DNA from: Desulfobulbus propionicus DSM 2032
GTDB lineage: Bacteria; Desulfobacterota; Desulfobulbia; Desulfobulbales; Desulfobulbaceae
Assembly: GCF_000186885.1 (NCBI RefSeq)
Contig: NC_014972.1
Span: forward strand, 3,720,001 to 3,752,000
Length of the DNA stretch: 32,000 nucleotides
Direction: 5' to 3'
Positions 1 through 13,152 of the stretch are shown here, piece by piece; positions within the stretch are counted from its first letter, which is position 1, and each line of letters begins with the position of its first letter. The notes under the pieces are model-generated. The model ran no database searches. It was not told the DNA's origin and saw only the letters and a program-made list of their open reading frames with translations. The position numbers and the translations under genes are program-made.

Positions 1-1
1 C

Positions 2-1021
2 GGCGGGGTCGATTCCACCATGGCCGCCTCCCTGCTGCAAGAGCAGGGGCACGACGTCCACGGGTTTTTCATGCTCCTGCCCCTGGCCAATCTGGAGGTC
101 CAGCGACAGCGGGTGCGCGAGGTGGCCGACAGGCTGTCGATCCCCCTGACCGAGGTGGACCTGCGGCAATCCTTTGCCGAGCAGGTCATCGGCTATTTCA
201 ACCGCAGCTATCGCGCCGGGTTGACCCCCAATCCCTGCATCCACTGCAACCGGTCCGTCAAATTCGGCCTGCTCGCCGACACGATGCGCCACCAGGATCT
301 GGAACGGATCGCCACCGGCCACTACGCCCGTGTCCAGAGCGTAGGTGACCGTTGTTTTGTGGCCCGTGGAAGCGACCGGACCAAGGATCAGTCCTACTTT
401 CTCGCCCGGCTCGCCGCCGACCAGGTGAACACGCTCCTGTTTCCGCTTGGTGACTGGACCAAACAACAGGTCTATGCGCGGGCCGCTGCCCTGGGGTTCC
501 ACTTCAGCGGCGAGGAGAGCCAGGATGTCTGTTTTCTCAGCCAAGGGCTGGCCGCCTTTCTTAGCGAGCAGGGGATCGGCGATCTGTGCGGGCCGGTGGT
601 GACTGCGGACGGCCGCCAAATCGGCGAACACCGGGGGGTCTGGCACTACACCATCGGCCAGCGGCGGGGTCTGGGGCTGCCGGATGTTACCCCCTGGTAT
701 GTGGTCGGGTTGGACGGTCCCGGCAACCGCGTCATCGTCGGCAAGCAGGACGATCTCTTCGCCACGCGCTGTACCGTGCATGCCTTGCGCTGGACCCACC
801 AACCACCCGCCCTGCCTTGGCGAGGCTTGGTGCAACTGCGCTCCCGTCATACTCCGGCGATGGCTGCACTGGCCCCCAGCGGCCCGGAGCAGTGGTCGCT
901 TGTCTTCGACACCCCGCAACGTGCCATCACCCCCGGCCAGTTCGCGGTCTGCTACGAGCATGATCGGGTGGTGGGCAGCGCGGTGATCGGAACGGGAGCC
1001 GACCTGGAGGAACGAACATGA
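2..1021 (+). CDS. mnmA: tRNA 2-thiouridine(34) synthase MnmA, 5' end cut by the window edge
   Basis: The frame is open from nt 2. GGVDST directly precedes the first Met, which is the PP-loop SGGVDS motif, so the true start lies upstream. NPCIHCN and ATGHYAR motifs are present. The stop overlaps the next start (ATGA at 1018-1021). Confidence 0.9.
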   Translation, partial: GGVDSTMAASLLQEQGHDVHGFFMLLPLANLEVQRQRVREVADRLSIPLTEVDLRQSFAEQVIGYFNRSYRAGLTPNPCIHCNRSVKFGLLADTMRHQDLERIATGHYARVQSVGDRCFVARGSDRTKDQSYFLARLAADQVNTLLFPLGDWTKQQVYARAAALGFHFSGEESQDVCFLSQGLAAFLSEQGIGDLCGPVVTADGRQIGEHRGVWHYTIGQRRGLGLPDVTPWYVVGLDGPGNRVIVGKQDDLFATRCTVHALRWTHQPPALPWRGLVQLRSRHTPAMAALAPSGPEQWSLVFDTPQRAITPGQFAVCYEHDRVVGSAVIGTGADLEERT

Positions 1022-2352
1022 AACGGATCGCCATCACCACCCTGGGCTGCAAGGTCAACCAGTTCGAATCCGCAGCCTTTGCCAGCGGCTTTGAGGCCCG
1101 GGGCTGCACCTTGGTGCCCTTTCAGGCCGAGGCCGATGTCTATGTGATCAACACCTGCACGGTCACCGCCAAGGCCGGCCAGCAGTCGCGGCAGCTGATT
1201 CGCCGGGTGCTGCACGAGCATCCTGGCGCACGGGTGGTGGTCACCGGCTGCTATGCCCAAATGGACCCGGAGGCGGTGTTCAGTCTCGCCGATCAACCTG
1301 TGGCCATTGTCGGTAACGGCAACAAGCATCTGCTGGTGGAGGCCGCCCTAGCCGAGTCCTCTCCCGATCTGGTGTTGCTCATGGGCCGGATTCGCGAGAA
1401 GAAGGAAATCTGCGACCTGCCGGTGACTCGTTTCCGCGGTCGCACCCGCGCCTATCTCCGCATCCAGGACGGCTGCGACAACTTCTGCTCCTACTGCATC
1501 GTGCCCTACACCCGGGGCCGCAGCCGCAGCCTACCCCTGACCAAAATCCTGGCACAGACAGCGGTCTTTGTCGACCAGGGCTACCGCGAACTGGTGATCA
1601 CCGGCATCAATGTCGGCAAGTACGGGCTCGACCTGGACGAGGGCGAAACCATCTACAGCCTGCTGGCCCGGCTTTGTCGTGATTTTCCCGGCCTCCGCTT
1701 GCGGCTCAGTTCCATCGAGCCCACCGAGGTCAACGATCAGTTGCTCGACCTGATGTCCGGCTCCCCCAACTTCATGCCCCACCTGCACATTCCCCTGCAG
1801 AGCGGCGACGACCAGGTCCTGGCGCGGATGAACCGGCGCTACACCCGCGCCGAGTTTGCGGCGGTGATCGAGCGGGTGCACCAGGCCTTGCCGCTCGCCA
1901 CCATCGGCTGCGACGTGCTGGGCGGTTTTCCCGGCGAAACCGAGGCCGAGGCCGACAACACCTACCGGTTGCTGACCGATCTGCCGGTCCACTATCTCCA
2001 TGTCTTTCCCTACTCCCGCCGTCCCGGCACCCTGGCCGCCTCGCTGCCGCAGCAGCTGCCAGGCCCGGTCAAGGAGGCGCGGGTGCAGCGGCTGCGTGGT
2101 CTCGATGCGGCCAAACGGCAGGCCGCCTACCAGGCCAACTGCGGGCGCACCCACCAGGTGCTGGTGGAGCGGCGGCAGGCGAAAACCGGTCTGTTGCAAG
2201 GCTTCTCCGAAAACTATGTACCGATCCTCTTTGCCGGCGGTTCAGGCCTGATCCGTCAGGTGGTGCCGGTGCGCCTTGTTGCGGTCGAGGACGGTCAACC
2301 CAGGGGAATGATTGCCGAAGACCTGCTTGAGGAAAGTCGCCAAACCAGGTAA
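1018..2352 (+). CDS. mtaB: MiaB-family radical-SAM methylthiotransferase, MtaB-like
   Basis: N-terminal MTTase motif TLGCKVNQ and INTCTVT. Radical-SAM cluster CDNFCSYC (CxxxCxxC). GGAGGA RBS upstream. The MtaB versus MiaB/RimO subtype is called from N-terminal similarity recalled from memory. Confidence 0.8.
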   Translation: MKRIAITTLGCKVNQFESAAFASGFEARGCTLVPFQAEADVYVINTCTVTAKAGQQSRQLIRRVLHEHPGARVVVTGCYAQMDPEAVFSLADQPVAIVGNGNKHLLVEAALAESSPDLVLLMGRIREKKEICDLPVTRFRGRTRAYLRIQDGCDNFCSYCIVPYTRGRSRSLPLTKILAQTAVFVDQGYRELVITGINVGKYGLDLDEGETIYSLLARLCRDFPGLRLRLSSIEPTEVNDQLLDLMSGSPNFMPHLHIPLQSGDDQVLARMNRRYTRAEFAAVIERVHQALPLATIGCDVLGGFPGETEAEADNTYRLLTDLPVHYLHVFPYSRRPGTLAASLPQQLPGPVKEARVQRLRGLDAAKRQAAYQANCGRTHQVLVERRQAKTGLLQGFSENYVPILFAGGSGLIRQVVPVRLVAVEDGQPRGMIAEDLLEESRQTR

Positions 2353-2382
2353 GGTGCGCCCTCAACCTGTGAGGAGACTCCC

Positions 2383-3638
2383 ATGATCGGAGAGATCATC
2401 GCCATCGGCGACGAGCTGACCTCGGGCCGCATCACCAACACCACCAGCGGCCATGCGGCGCGGCAACTATTCCTGCTCGGCCACCGGATCCGGGCCATGC
2501 ATACCATCGGCGATGACGCGGAGTTGATCGGCGCGACCCTCAAGGCAGCGATCGCCCGCTGCGACTTTGTCCTGGTCACCGGCGGCCTGGGGGCCACCAC
2601 CGATGATCTGACCAACGAGGCGGTGATCGCGGCCCTGAACCTCAAGTCCGCCATCCATCCCTGCGTCCAGGCCAATATCGAATCGCGCATGGCCAAGACC
2701 GAGGGCAAGGCCGCGGTGTCGCTCGCCAAACTGGCCCATTTGCCCGAAGGCGCCGAGGTGCTGGACGACGACTGCCGGATGGCCGGCTACCTGCTCCGCT
2801 TTCAGGGCAAGCCCATCTATTTCCTCCCCGGCGTGCCGCCGCAGATGGAGATCCTGCTGCGCGACAAGGTTCTGCCTGGGTTGCAGCGTTTCGACGGTGG
2901 CCGTGCCGTGCCCGTGTGCCAACGGGTCTACCGCACCTGCGGCCTGTACGAGATCGAGATCAACCAGCGGTTGCACACCTTGGAGCGCAACGGGGTGCAG
3001 ATCGGCTACTACCCGGTGGGCGCCGAGGTCCATGTCAGCCTGACCGGCCACCACCTGGAAGGCGGCATGGACGATCCGCTGTTTCGCCAGGCCGACGCCC
3101 TCATCCGCGAAGCCCTGGGCGAGCACATCTACGGCATCGATGAGGAGACCCTGGCATCGGTCACCGGACGGCTGCTTCAGGAGCGGGACCTGCTGCTCGC
3201 CACCGCCGAGTCCTGTACCGGCGGTCTGATCGGTGCGACCCTCACCGAGGTACCGGGCAGCTCCCGGTGGTTCAAGGGCGGGGTGATCGTCTATGCCAAT
3301 GCGCTCAAGGAAAACCTGCTCGATATTGCCCCCGATCTGCTCGGCCGCCATGGGGCGGTGAGCGCGGAGACGGCCCGGGCCATGGCCAGCGGGGCTCTGC
3401 AAAGATTGGGTTGCGACATCGCGGTGGCCGTCACCGGCATCGCCGGCCCCGAGGGCGGCACCCCGGACAAACCGGTGGGGACGGTCTACCTGGGACTGGC
3501 CTACGGCAACACGGTGATCGACCGGCTGTGCCGTTTCCACGGCTCCCGCCGACAGATTCAGGAAAAGACCGCGCAGACGGCAATGGATATGGTCCGCCGG
3601 GCGTTACTTGCGAGTGAACAGAGTGAAAGGAGAATGCG

Positions 3639-3642
<4 letters not shown>
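2383..3642 (+). CDS. cinA: CinA family protein (MoCF-like N-domain plus PncC nicotinamide-nucleotide amidohydrolase C-domain)
   Basis: [17 protein letters not shown] start and [11 protein letters not shown] motif. C-terminal AESCTGG and VTGIAGP motifs. GAGGAG RBS. Classic cinA-recA order with an ATGA overlap. Confidence 0.9.
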
Positions 3643-4673
<1,031 letters not shown>

Positions 4674-4698
4674 GCCGGTTCCACGCCGCGTTCCTCTC

Positions 4699-4741
4699 CG
4701 GGATCGTCCGCCCCCGTGGCGTGGGCGGTCCCGTTTTTTTT
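4699..4741 (+). terminator. Rho-independent terminator downstream of recA
   Basis: cggga(4699-4703) pairs with tcccg(4729-4733) and ccgccc(4708-4713) pairs with gggcgg(4723-4728). The stem is followed immediately by a run of 8 T (4734-4741). Confidence 0.7.
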
Positions 4742-4778
4742 ATTTGCGGAGGAAAGCCAATCTGGGCCTGCCTGCTGA

Positions 4779-5516
4779 TTAGCCCTGAAAGTCGGAGCGC
4801 AGGTCGCGGGTGATCTTGCCCCGGCTGTCCGTATCCTGGTTGCGCACCAGCTCCGGCAACCGGCCCCACAGGCCGATCTTGCCGTTTTTGACCGCCAGGA
4901 TGCCGTCGATGCCGGCAATGGCGCCGACATCGTCCAGCACCGGGGTCAGATCCTTTTCGGTCTTGATCAGGTTGCACACCAGGGTGACCGCCGAATCGGC
5001 CAGGGCCGCGTCCTTGGCGACAACGGTGGCCAGATCGCAGCGGCCGAAACTGAGCGAATGGCCCATCTTGGAGGAGGAGGAACAGAGGGCGAGAGGCAGG
5101 GTGGCGGGATCGAGGCGGAAGGCCAGCTTGCCGGCGATGGCATTGTCGCCGGCATAGATGCCAATGGTGACGGGCGAGTCGGCGTGGATGTAGATGTCGC
5201 CGCCGTTCTCGACGATGGCCTCGGGGCAACCGATGGCCATGGCGGCCTCGGCGCCCATCTGCGCCAGGGTGCCGGCCACGGCGGCCATGGGGCCCAGCCC
5301 GGTCAGCGCGCTGGCCGCAGCCATGCGCTGCGCCACTTCGGGGGCATCGTCCAGCAGGACCACCGGCACCAGCGAGGTCAGGAAGTCGGGGTGACGAGCG
5401 ATGTAGCGTTCGAGCCTGCGGCGCTCGTCGATCACGGTGCGGGTAATCAGGTCAAAGGCCGGGCTGGCGACCCGCAGGTTGGTGTCCTTCCAGGCGAAGG
5501 AGCGATAGACGCGCAT
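4779..5516 (-). CDS. UPF0280 / COG2122 ApbE-like protein
   Basis: 245 aa. GPMAAVAG and ENGGDIY motifs are typical of UPF0280. It lies directly downstream of the COG1900 and NIL-ferredoxin genes on the same strand. Confidence 0.7.
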   Translation of the reverse strand: MRVYRSFAWKDTNLRVASPAFDLITRTVIDERRRLERYIARHPDFLTSLVPVVLLDDAPEVAQRMAAASALTGLGPMAAVAGTLAQMGAEAAMAIGCPEAIVENGGDIYIHADSPVTIGIYAGDNAIAGKLAFRLDPATLPLALCSSSSKMGHSLSFGRCDLATVVAKDAALADSAVTLVCNLIKTEKDLTPVLDDVGAIAGIDGILAVKNGKIGLWGRLPELVRNQDTDSRGKITRDLRSDFQG

Positions 5517-5544
5517 CGGAGATCAGGCGTCGCCGCGCCCGGCC

Positions 5545-5955
5545 TCAGAAGTTTGAGGAGCAGGCGCCGAAGGGACAGGCGGCAACGCAGGCCAGACACT
5601 CGATGCAACTGTCCTCGTTGAACGCCACCTGCCGGGTGGCCCGGTCGACGATCGACAGCGCCCCGGTGGGGCAGTGCACCACGCAGGCCCCGCACTGGCC
5701 GCAGCGGCCCGCATCCCAGAGCATGCCCTTGTTGCCGGCATGGATGTCGACATCAAACCCGCCCAGAAATTCAAAGGCGCGGTCGATGTTCTCCTGGGTG
5801 CCGGTCACCTCCAGACTGAGGTAGCCCTCCTCCTCGCTGGTCACCTTGGCGCGGAAGATATTGACGATCAGGTCGAACTGCTTAACTAACTGATAGACGA
5901 TCGGCTTCTCGGTTTCGCTCTTGGGAAAGTAGAGATAGATTTTTTTGGTGATCAT
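5545..5955 (-). CDS. NIL-domain / 2x[4Fe-4S] ferredoxin protein (MA1822-like homocysteine-synthesis partner)
   Basis: N-terminal NIL-like domain (KPIVYQLVKQFDLIVNI). Two CxxCxxCxxxCP motifs (CGQCGACVVHCP and CIECLACVAACP). Its start overlaps the upstream gene's stop by 4 nt. Confidence 0.8.
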   Translation of the reverse strand: MITKKIYLYFPKSETEKPIVYQLVKQFDLIVNIFRAKVTSEEEGYLSLEVTGTQENIDRAFEFLGGFDVDIHAGNKGMLWDAGRCGQCGACVVHCPTGALSIVDRATRQVAFNEDSCIECLACVAACPFGACSSNF

Positions 5956-7145
5956 CGCGCCGGTCCTGTGATGTTCAATGGTTGCATGGACTGGTTCAGC
6001 GGCAGCCGCTGGCTGGGCTCGGCCAGCAGGAAGCGGCCCGCCTCGATCTCGGCCTTGAGCAGGTTGCAGATCCTGAGCGCCTTGTTGTAGGAGGAGAGCG
6101 AGGTCACCGGCACCTTCTTGCCCAGCAGTTCCACCTCGCCCGAGCGCAGTTCCTCGTAGTTGTAGCGGGCCAGCACCTTACCGGTCTTCTGCGGGTAATC
6201 GGTGGAGTAATCGATGACGCAAGCCTGGATATCGCGGTCGCGCACCGTGGTTCGCCGGAGGATCTCCGCGTTGAGGATGGGGATGGGGATGCCCACGCCC
6301 AGGGCCAGCGACACGCCGTAGCCCTTGAAACTGACCCCGCGCACGAACTCGGGCAGCATCTCCTTCATGTTGCCGGTCAAGGCCAGGGTACCCGCCCCCT
6401 CCACTGGCACATCGTTGTCGCCGCGCTCCACCAGCGAGCAGTGCTGGGTGCCCTGGCTGTAAACCAGACCGCGCGCCCCGGCCAGCCAGATGGCGGTGCC
6501 CACGCCGATGGTCTCGTAGAGCGGGTCGTTCAACAGCGGCGACAGCTGCCCGGCCGAGCAGTAGGTCATGTTGCGCATCTTGGCGCGGAGGATGCCCAGA
6601 TAGGTATAGATGCGTTTATCCGAGCAGTTGACCGCCACGTTGTAATTCTGGTAGCAGTTGCGCGGATTGACCATGATCGCCTGGTTGAGATCATGAATAT
6701 CGAACAGGGTGCGGATCTCGCGGCGCGGATAGTCGTCGGTGCCGTAGGAGAGGCCGAAGAGCTGCAGCTTCTTGCCCGCCACCAGATCCTCGATCACATG
6801 GCCGCCGCCGTAGCGGAACTCGCCGGGGTGGTACATGTTGGCCGGGTCGTTGTGGCGCAGTTGGGTGGCGCCCATATAGACGTCGACCGCGGCGATGCCG
6901 CAGTAGGCCATGACATCGTTGATCCAGGCCTCGGAGATGCGCATTTTGGGCTTGCTGTGCCCGAAGTTGAGGAAACAGCCGGAGGAGCACATCGGCCCGA
7001 AGGTGGCGGTGGTGACCACATCCACCTCCTTGGCGGCGGCTTCCAGGCCGCGTTTGTCCACATACTCGATCACCTCTTCGGCGGTCAGCACCACCGCCTT
7101 GCCCGAGGCAATCTTGTCGTTAATTTCCGCGTAGGTCTTGCTCAT
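5952..7145 (-). CDS. COG1900 / DUF39 homocysteine biosynthesis protein (MA1821-like)
   Basis: 397 aa. N-terminus INDKIASGKAVVLTAEEV....VDVVTTATFGPM is typical of COG1900a. It is paired with a NIL-ferredoxin gene. GGGAGA RBS. Confidence 0.8.
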   Translation of the reverse strand: MSKTYAEINDKIASGKAVVLTAEEVIEYVDKRGLEAAAKEVDVVTTATFGPMCSSGCFLNFGHSKPKMRISEAWINDVMAYCGIAAVDVYMGATQLRHNDPANMYHPGEFRYGGGHVIEDLVAGKKLQLFGLSYGTDDYPRREIRTLFDIHDLNQAIMVNPRNCYQNYNVAVNCSDKRIYTYLGILRAKMRNMTYCSAGQLSPLLNDPLYETIGVGTAIWLAGARGLVYSQGTQHCSLVERGDNDVPVEGAGTLALTGNMKEMLPEFVRGVSFKGYGVSLALGVGIPIPILNAEILRRTTVRDRDIQACVIDYSTDYPQKTGKVLARYNYEELRSGEVELLGKKVPVTSLSSYNKALRICNLLKAEIEAGRFLLAEPSQRLPLNQSMQPLNITGPAR

Positions 7146-7193
7146 AGCGCATTCTCCCAGGTAAGGGCCTTACATGTTCGCCGCAAAGCGCCT

Positions 7194-7222
7194 ACTATAG
7201 GACGAATGGCCCAAAACAGCAA
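7194..7222 (-). promoter_or_regulatory. Candidate sigma70-type promoter for the COG1900 operon
   Basis: On the minus strand: TTGCTG (7222-7217), a 17-nt spacer, then TATAGT (7199-7194), about 50 nt upstream of the ATG at 7145. This is a pattern match only. Confidence 0.4.
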
Positions 7223-7359
7223 GTTGGCGGAGCAGGGAGGACCAAAAAAGAACACTGCCGAGCGCTGCGCAAAAACCAGCGCGTGCCTTGTGCGCTGTGG
7301 GCAACATCGTGTACAAAGAGTCATTCTCACCATTGGCCCATCATTCGGAGGAAGACCCC

Positions 7360-10041
<2,682 letters not shown>

Positions 10042-10210
10042 GCCTGGAGCCGGACAGGTAGATCAAAGGATCGCTCCAGGCTATCAAGATGCGGGCAAGG
10101 CGCAGCAACGCCAAAGTTGCTGCGCCTTTTCTTCTGATATCGCGACAAGCAGGCGACATCTCCACCCCCAAGAGGTCAACCACTTCGACCATCCAGTTCT
10201 GACAGCGCTC

Positions 10211-11764
10211 ATGTCCTCCATCATCCTCACCACCATCAACGCCCGCTATATCCATGCCAGCCTCGGCCTGCGCTGGCTGTACGCCAATATGGGCGATCTG
10301 CAAGCCCAGGCGCGCATCCAGGAATACTGCCTCACCGACCACATCGCCGACATGGCCGAACGCATCCTGGCTTCCGCTCCCCGGGTGGTGGGGATCGGCG
10401 TCTATATCTGGAATGCCGCCCCGGTGCGGCAACTGGTGGGGGTGCTCAAACGGGTGGCGCCGGAGACGATCGTGGTGCTCGGCGGCCCGGAGGTCAGCCA
10501 CCTGCCGCTGCGGGTGGATCTGCGCGAGGCCGACTACCTCATCCAGGGCGAGGGCGAGCAGGCTTTTCGTGAACTCTGCCAGGCAATTTTCGCGCACCAA
10601 CCGCCTGCAAAACGGATCATCCAGGCCGAGCCGGTGACGGTCGAAACCCTGGCCTCACCCTATCCCTTCTACACCAACGACGACGTGGCCCACCGCCTCA
10701 CCTATGTCGAGGCCTCGCGCGGTTGCCCCTTCCGCTGCGAATTCTGCCTCAGCTCGATCGACCGACGGGTGCGGCCCTTTGCCGTAGATTGGTTTCTGGC
10801 CGAGATGGAGGCCCTCTGGCAGCGGGGGGCACGGACCTTCAAGTTCGTCGACCGCACCTTCAACGCCAATCCGGCCACGGCCGCGCGGATTCTCGACTAT
10901 TTCCTGGCGAAAACGCCACCCTTCCACGTGCACTTCGAGGTCATTCCGGACCATTTTCCGCAAGCGATCAAGGAACGGTTGGCCCGATTCCCGGCCGGGA
11001 CCCTGCAACTCGAGATTGGCATCCAGACCATGGATGCCCGAATCGCGGCCAACATCAGCCGGCGACTCGATGTCGACCGCATCCGGGAGAATCTCCGTTT
11101 CCTTGAACAAGAGACCGCGGCCCACCTCCATGTCGATCTCATCGTCGGCCTGCCCGGCGAGCCGATCGAACAGTTTGGCCGCAACCTCAACACCTTGGTC
11201 GCCCAGACCCAGGGCGAGATCCAGATCGGCATCCTCAAGAAACTCTCCGGCACGGCCATCACCCGCCACGACCAGGTCCACGGCATGGTCTACGCGCCCG
11301 ATCCGCCCTACGAGATCCTCAAGAACGACCTGATCAGCTTCGATCAGATGCAGGCAATGAAACGGCTGGCCCGCTTCTGGGACCTGGTCTACAACAGCGG
11401 CAATTTCCGCCGCACCGCGCCGCTGCTCTGGCCGGACGGCGACGTTTTCGCCGGCTTTGCCGCCTTCAGCCGCTGGCTGTACCGCCAAACCCTGGCCACC
11501 TGGCAGATCGGCCTGCCGCGCCTGAGCGAACTGTTGTTCGGCTATCTGACCGAGGAAAAGGGACAGAAAAAAAGCGTGGTCGCGAACGCGCTGGCCGCCG
11601 ACATCCTGGTGATCAAGGGCAGAGTGCTGCCGAAGACGGTTCAGGAGAATGTCACCTGCCTGCCGGAAGAACGGCGGGCGTTGGGGGAATCGCTGACCAA
11701 GCGGCAGAGCCGCCACCGGGAGGGGCGGATCGTTCCTGAGCGGGGACGCCTTCCCGAATCATGA
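10211..11764 (+). CDS. B12-binding-domain radical-SAM protein with DUF4080-type C-terminus
   Basis: Family-typical N-terminus MSSIILTTINARYIHASLGLRWLYAN. Radical-SAM cluster CPFRCEFC. Start set at the ATG at 10211; the upstream part of the track ORF overlaps acnA and has Arg/Gln-rich junk composition. Confidence 0.75.
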   Translation: MSSIILTTINARYIHASLGLRWLYANMGDLQAQARIQEYCLTDHIADMAERILASAPRVVGIGVYIWNAAPVRQLVGVLKRVAPETIVVLGGPEVSHLPLRVDLREADYLIQGEGEQAFRELCQAIFAHQPPAKRIIQAEPVTVETLASPYPFYTNDDVAHRLTYVEASRGCPFRCEFCLSSIDRRVRPFAVDWFLAEMEALWQRGARTFKFVDRTFNANPATAARILDYFLAKTPPFHVHFEVIPDHFPQAIKERLARFPAGTLQLEIGIQTMDARIAANISRRLDVDRIRENLRFLEQETAAHLHVDLIVGLPGEPIEQFGRNLNTLVAQTQGEIQIGILKKLSGTAITRHDQVHGMVYAPDPPYEILKNDLISFDQMQAMKRLARFWDLVYNSGNFRRTAPLLWPDGDVFAGFAAFSRWLYRQTLATWQIGLPRLSELLFGYLTEEKGQKKSVVANALAADILVIKGRVLPKTVQENVTCLPEERRALGESLTKRQSRHREGRIVPERGRLPES

Positions 11765-13152
11765 CCACCCTCTCCCTCATCCTTCACGAGGCCCGTGCCC
11801 TGCTCCGCCTGACCGGGCCGCTGCTCCTGGCCCAGCTGGCGCAGACCGCCATGGGTTTTGTCGACACGGTCATGGCCGGCCGCTATTCGGCGGTCGATCT
11901 GGCGGCGGTGGCGGTGGGTTTTTCGATCTTCATCCCGGTGTATGTGTTTCTGCTCGGATTGCTCAGCGCCGTCACCCCGTTGGTGGCGCAGGCGCACGGC
12001 CGGGGCGATGGCAAGGCGGTGCGGCGGGCGATCCGGTTGGGCATGGGCATCGGCCTGGTGGCCGGGTTGCTGCTGATGCCGCTGTTGTGGTGGACCGATC
12101 CGTTCATGATGTGGATGGGGGTAAGCCCCGAGGTGATCCCGATCACCGGCCGCTACCTGTTCGCCATCTCCTGGGGCCTGCCGCTGGGCGGAATCTTTTT
12201 CGCCCTCAAGGGCGGCGGCGATGGCCTGGCCCTGCCCCGGTTGTCGATGTTCGCCGGTTTCTTCGGTTTGGGCGTCAACATTGTCGCCAACTACGTGCTG
12301 ATCTACGGTAAGCTCGGCCTGCCGGCCCTGGGTGGGGCCGGTTGCGGTTGGGCGACCTCGTTCTCCATCCTGGCCATGCTCGGGTTCATGGCCCTGCTCC
12401 TGGGTCGCAGCAGGATCGATGGCACGGCACGGCTTTTTGCCCTGCACCCCGACCAAGCCGCGACAACCTCGGTGGCCGCCTTCCTTCGTCTGGGCATGCC
12501 CATTGGCCTGGCCCTGTTCATCGAGTGCTCGATCTTCACCATCATCGCCCTGTTCATCGCCAAATTCGGCGCCCAGGTGGTGGCCGCGCACCAGATCGCC
12601 CTCAACTTCGCTTCCCAGGTCTATATGCTGCCCTACAGCCTGTCCACGGCGCTGACCGTGCGAGTGGGGTTCACCATCGGCAGGAAACGGATTCGGCGGC
12701 TTCGGCGCATTGCCGGCACCGGCCTGGGCATGGCCCTGATCGGCGCCGTGCTGACCTGTGGGGGCATCCTGCTCTTTTCCCCTCAAATCGCCGCCCTGTA
12801 CACCGCCGACCCGGCGGTCCGGCAGTTGGCCGTGGTCCTCCTGGGCTACGCCGCCCTTTTCCAGCTGCCGGATGCAATGCAGGTCAATGCCGGCGGCATT
12901 CTCCGCGGCTGCAAGGACACGCGGGTGCCGTTGCTGCTGATGCTCTGCGCCTATTGGGGGATTGGCCTGCCGTTGGGCTACGGCCTGGGGTTGGAACGCC
13001 TGGGGAACCTGGAACCGGGCCCCCAGGGCTTTTGGGTGGGGTTGATCTGTGCGCTCGTGGTCGCCGCCCTGCTGCTCGGCGGCCGGGTGCGGATCATGCT
13101 GCGCCGGCTGGAACGGCAGGCGGGACAGGGGGTCAGAGCAGACCGTCCATGA
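11761..13152 (+). CDS. MATE family efflux transporter (NorM-like)
   Basis: 463 aa and polytopic-hydrophobic. N-terminus LAQLAQTAMGFVDTVMAGR and internal repeat FASQVYMLP....LRGCKDTR are typical of MATE. ATGA overlap with the upstream gene. Confidence 0.9.
   Translation: MTTLSLILHEARALLRLTGPLLLAQLAQTAMGFVDTVMAGRYSAVDLAAVAVGFSIFIPVYVFLLGLLSAVTPLVAQAHGRGDGKAVRRAIRLGMGIGLVAGLLLMPLLWWTDPFMMWMGVSPEVIPITGRYLFAISWGLPLGGIFFALKGGGDGLALPRLSMFAGFFGLGVNIVANYVLIYGKLGLPALGGAGCGWATSFSILAMLGFMALLLGRSRIDGTARLFALHPDQAATTSVAAFLRLGMPIGLALFIECSIFTIIALFIAKFGAQVVAAHQIALNFASQVYMLPYSLSTALTVRVGFTIGRKRIRRLRRIAGTGLGMALIGAVLTCGGILLFSPQIAALYTADPAVRQLAVVLLGYAALFQLPDAMQVNAGGILRGCKDTRVPLLLMLCAYWGIGLPLGYGLGLERLGNLEPGPQGFWVGLICALVVAALLLGGRVRIMLRRLERQAGQGVRADRP

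Noticed and set aside
7288-7359. Upstream extensions of track ORFs: acnA at 7288, radical SAM at 9959, def at 16176, fmt at 16499, pckG at 21504 and pyk at 23158
   Set aside because: In each case an internal ATG with an RBS gives the family-typical N-terminus. The extension overlaps a neighbouring gene or an intergenic leader.
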